Origin: Hemiscyllium ocellatum
Lineage: Eukaryota
DNA length: 64,000 nucleotides
Assembly: GCF_020745735.1 (NCBI RefSeq)
Contig: NC_083428.1
Location: 11,470,001 to 11,534,000 of the forward strand
Direction: 5' to 3'
Shown: piece after piece, positions 63,570 to 64,000 of the stretch
How positions within the stretch are numbered: the stretch's first letter is position 1
How the letters are laid out: every line of letters starts with the position of its first letter
Made by a program: the position numbers and the translations under genes
Notes under the pieces: model-generated
The model's database searches: none
What the model was told of the DNA's origin: nothing
What the model saw: the letters and a program-made list of their open reading frames with translations, nothing else

Positions 63570-64000
63570 GTGGAGCAGCTGGTGAGTCAGGGACGGGTCT
63601 CTGGAAGTGGTGTCAAGAAGGTGGCCGGTGGAGGGGCAAGCACAGAGATCCAGTATTGGCTGCTACGTCAGTGGAAGCCAGGCGGTGGCTTCAGTGAAGA
63701 GATGTTTTCAGCCTGGCATCCAGCAGATCCACGATTCCTTTGGTCGTCTTTTGCGATGACTTCTTCCCTGGAATCGGCCATGAGATTGGTCCTTGGCGTG
63801 GCCTCTGTGGAGTTTTGCAGCGTGCTATGCCAGTGGCCTGGTGTGGCAATCTTGCAGCAGTACTGCCTCATCCCAAATCCAAAAGCCGTGAATTGAACTA
63901 AGATAGACTTTGTCTTGATCTTTAATTTTTTTTTCTTGGTTATGCCTTTTGTTATTAATGTAGGTGGAATGGTGACTTAAACACTTTTCACTGTATTTTT
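63570..64000 (+). mobile_element. GC-rich repeat with Rex1-like tail, cut by the window edge
   Basis: Ends GGTGACTTAAACACTTTTCACTGTATT, like the 51260-51290 tail; inserted in a Deu-SINE head (63480-63570). Confidence 0.4.

Overview
Eukaryotic, AT-rich, repeat-dense DNA, intronic or intergenic. The repeat repertoire (HE1-type V-SINEs, HER1/CR1 LINE tails, Deu-domain SINEs) points to a cartilaginous fish, probably a shark; this is inference. I recognise no intact host protein-coding gene. The ORFs I can interpret are frameshifted transposon remnants, and the rest are short ORFs with no recognisable homology. Much of the window is decayed mobile elements: CR1/HER1 LINEs, a long CR1/L2-group LINE with a tRNA-like head, Rex1/Babar pieces, a Ty3/gypsy gag-pol relic, a solo LTR, Harbinger relics, and Penelope-like elements (PLEs) with RT and GIY-YIG remnants. 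The main signal is more than 20 short PLE-derived units from about five sequence families (my labels A-E). Most carry a minimal type I hammerhead ribozyme motif or a truncated part of one (CTGANGA-stem II-GAAA-palindromic stem III-UH). Many are self-contained inverted repeats flanked by 9-17 bp target-site duplications, with a hammerhead on each strand at the hairpin axis. One copy carries a compensatory U3-A8 catalytic-core variant on both arms. Family names come from recalled consensus sequences, not a database search, and repeat boundaries are approximate unless a TSD is given.
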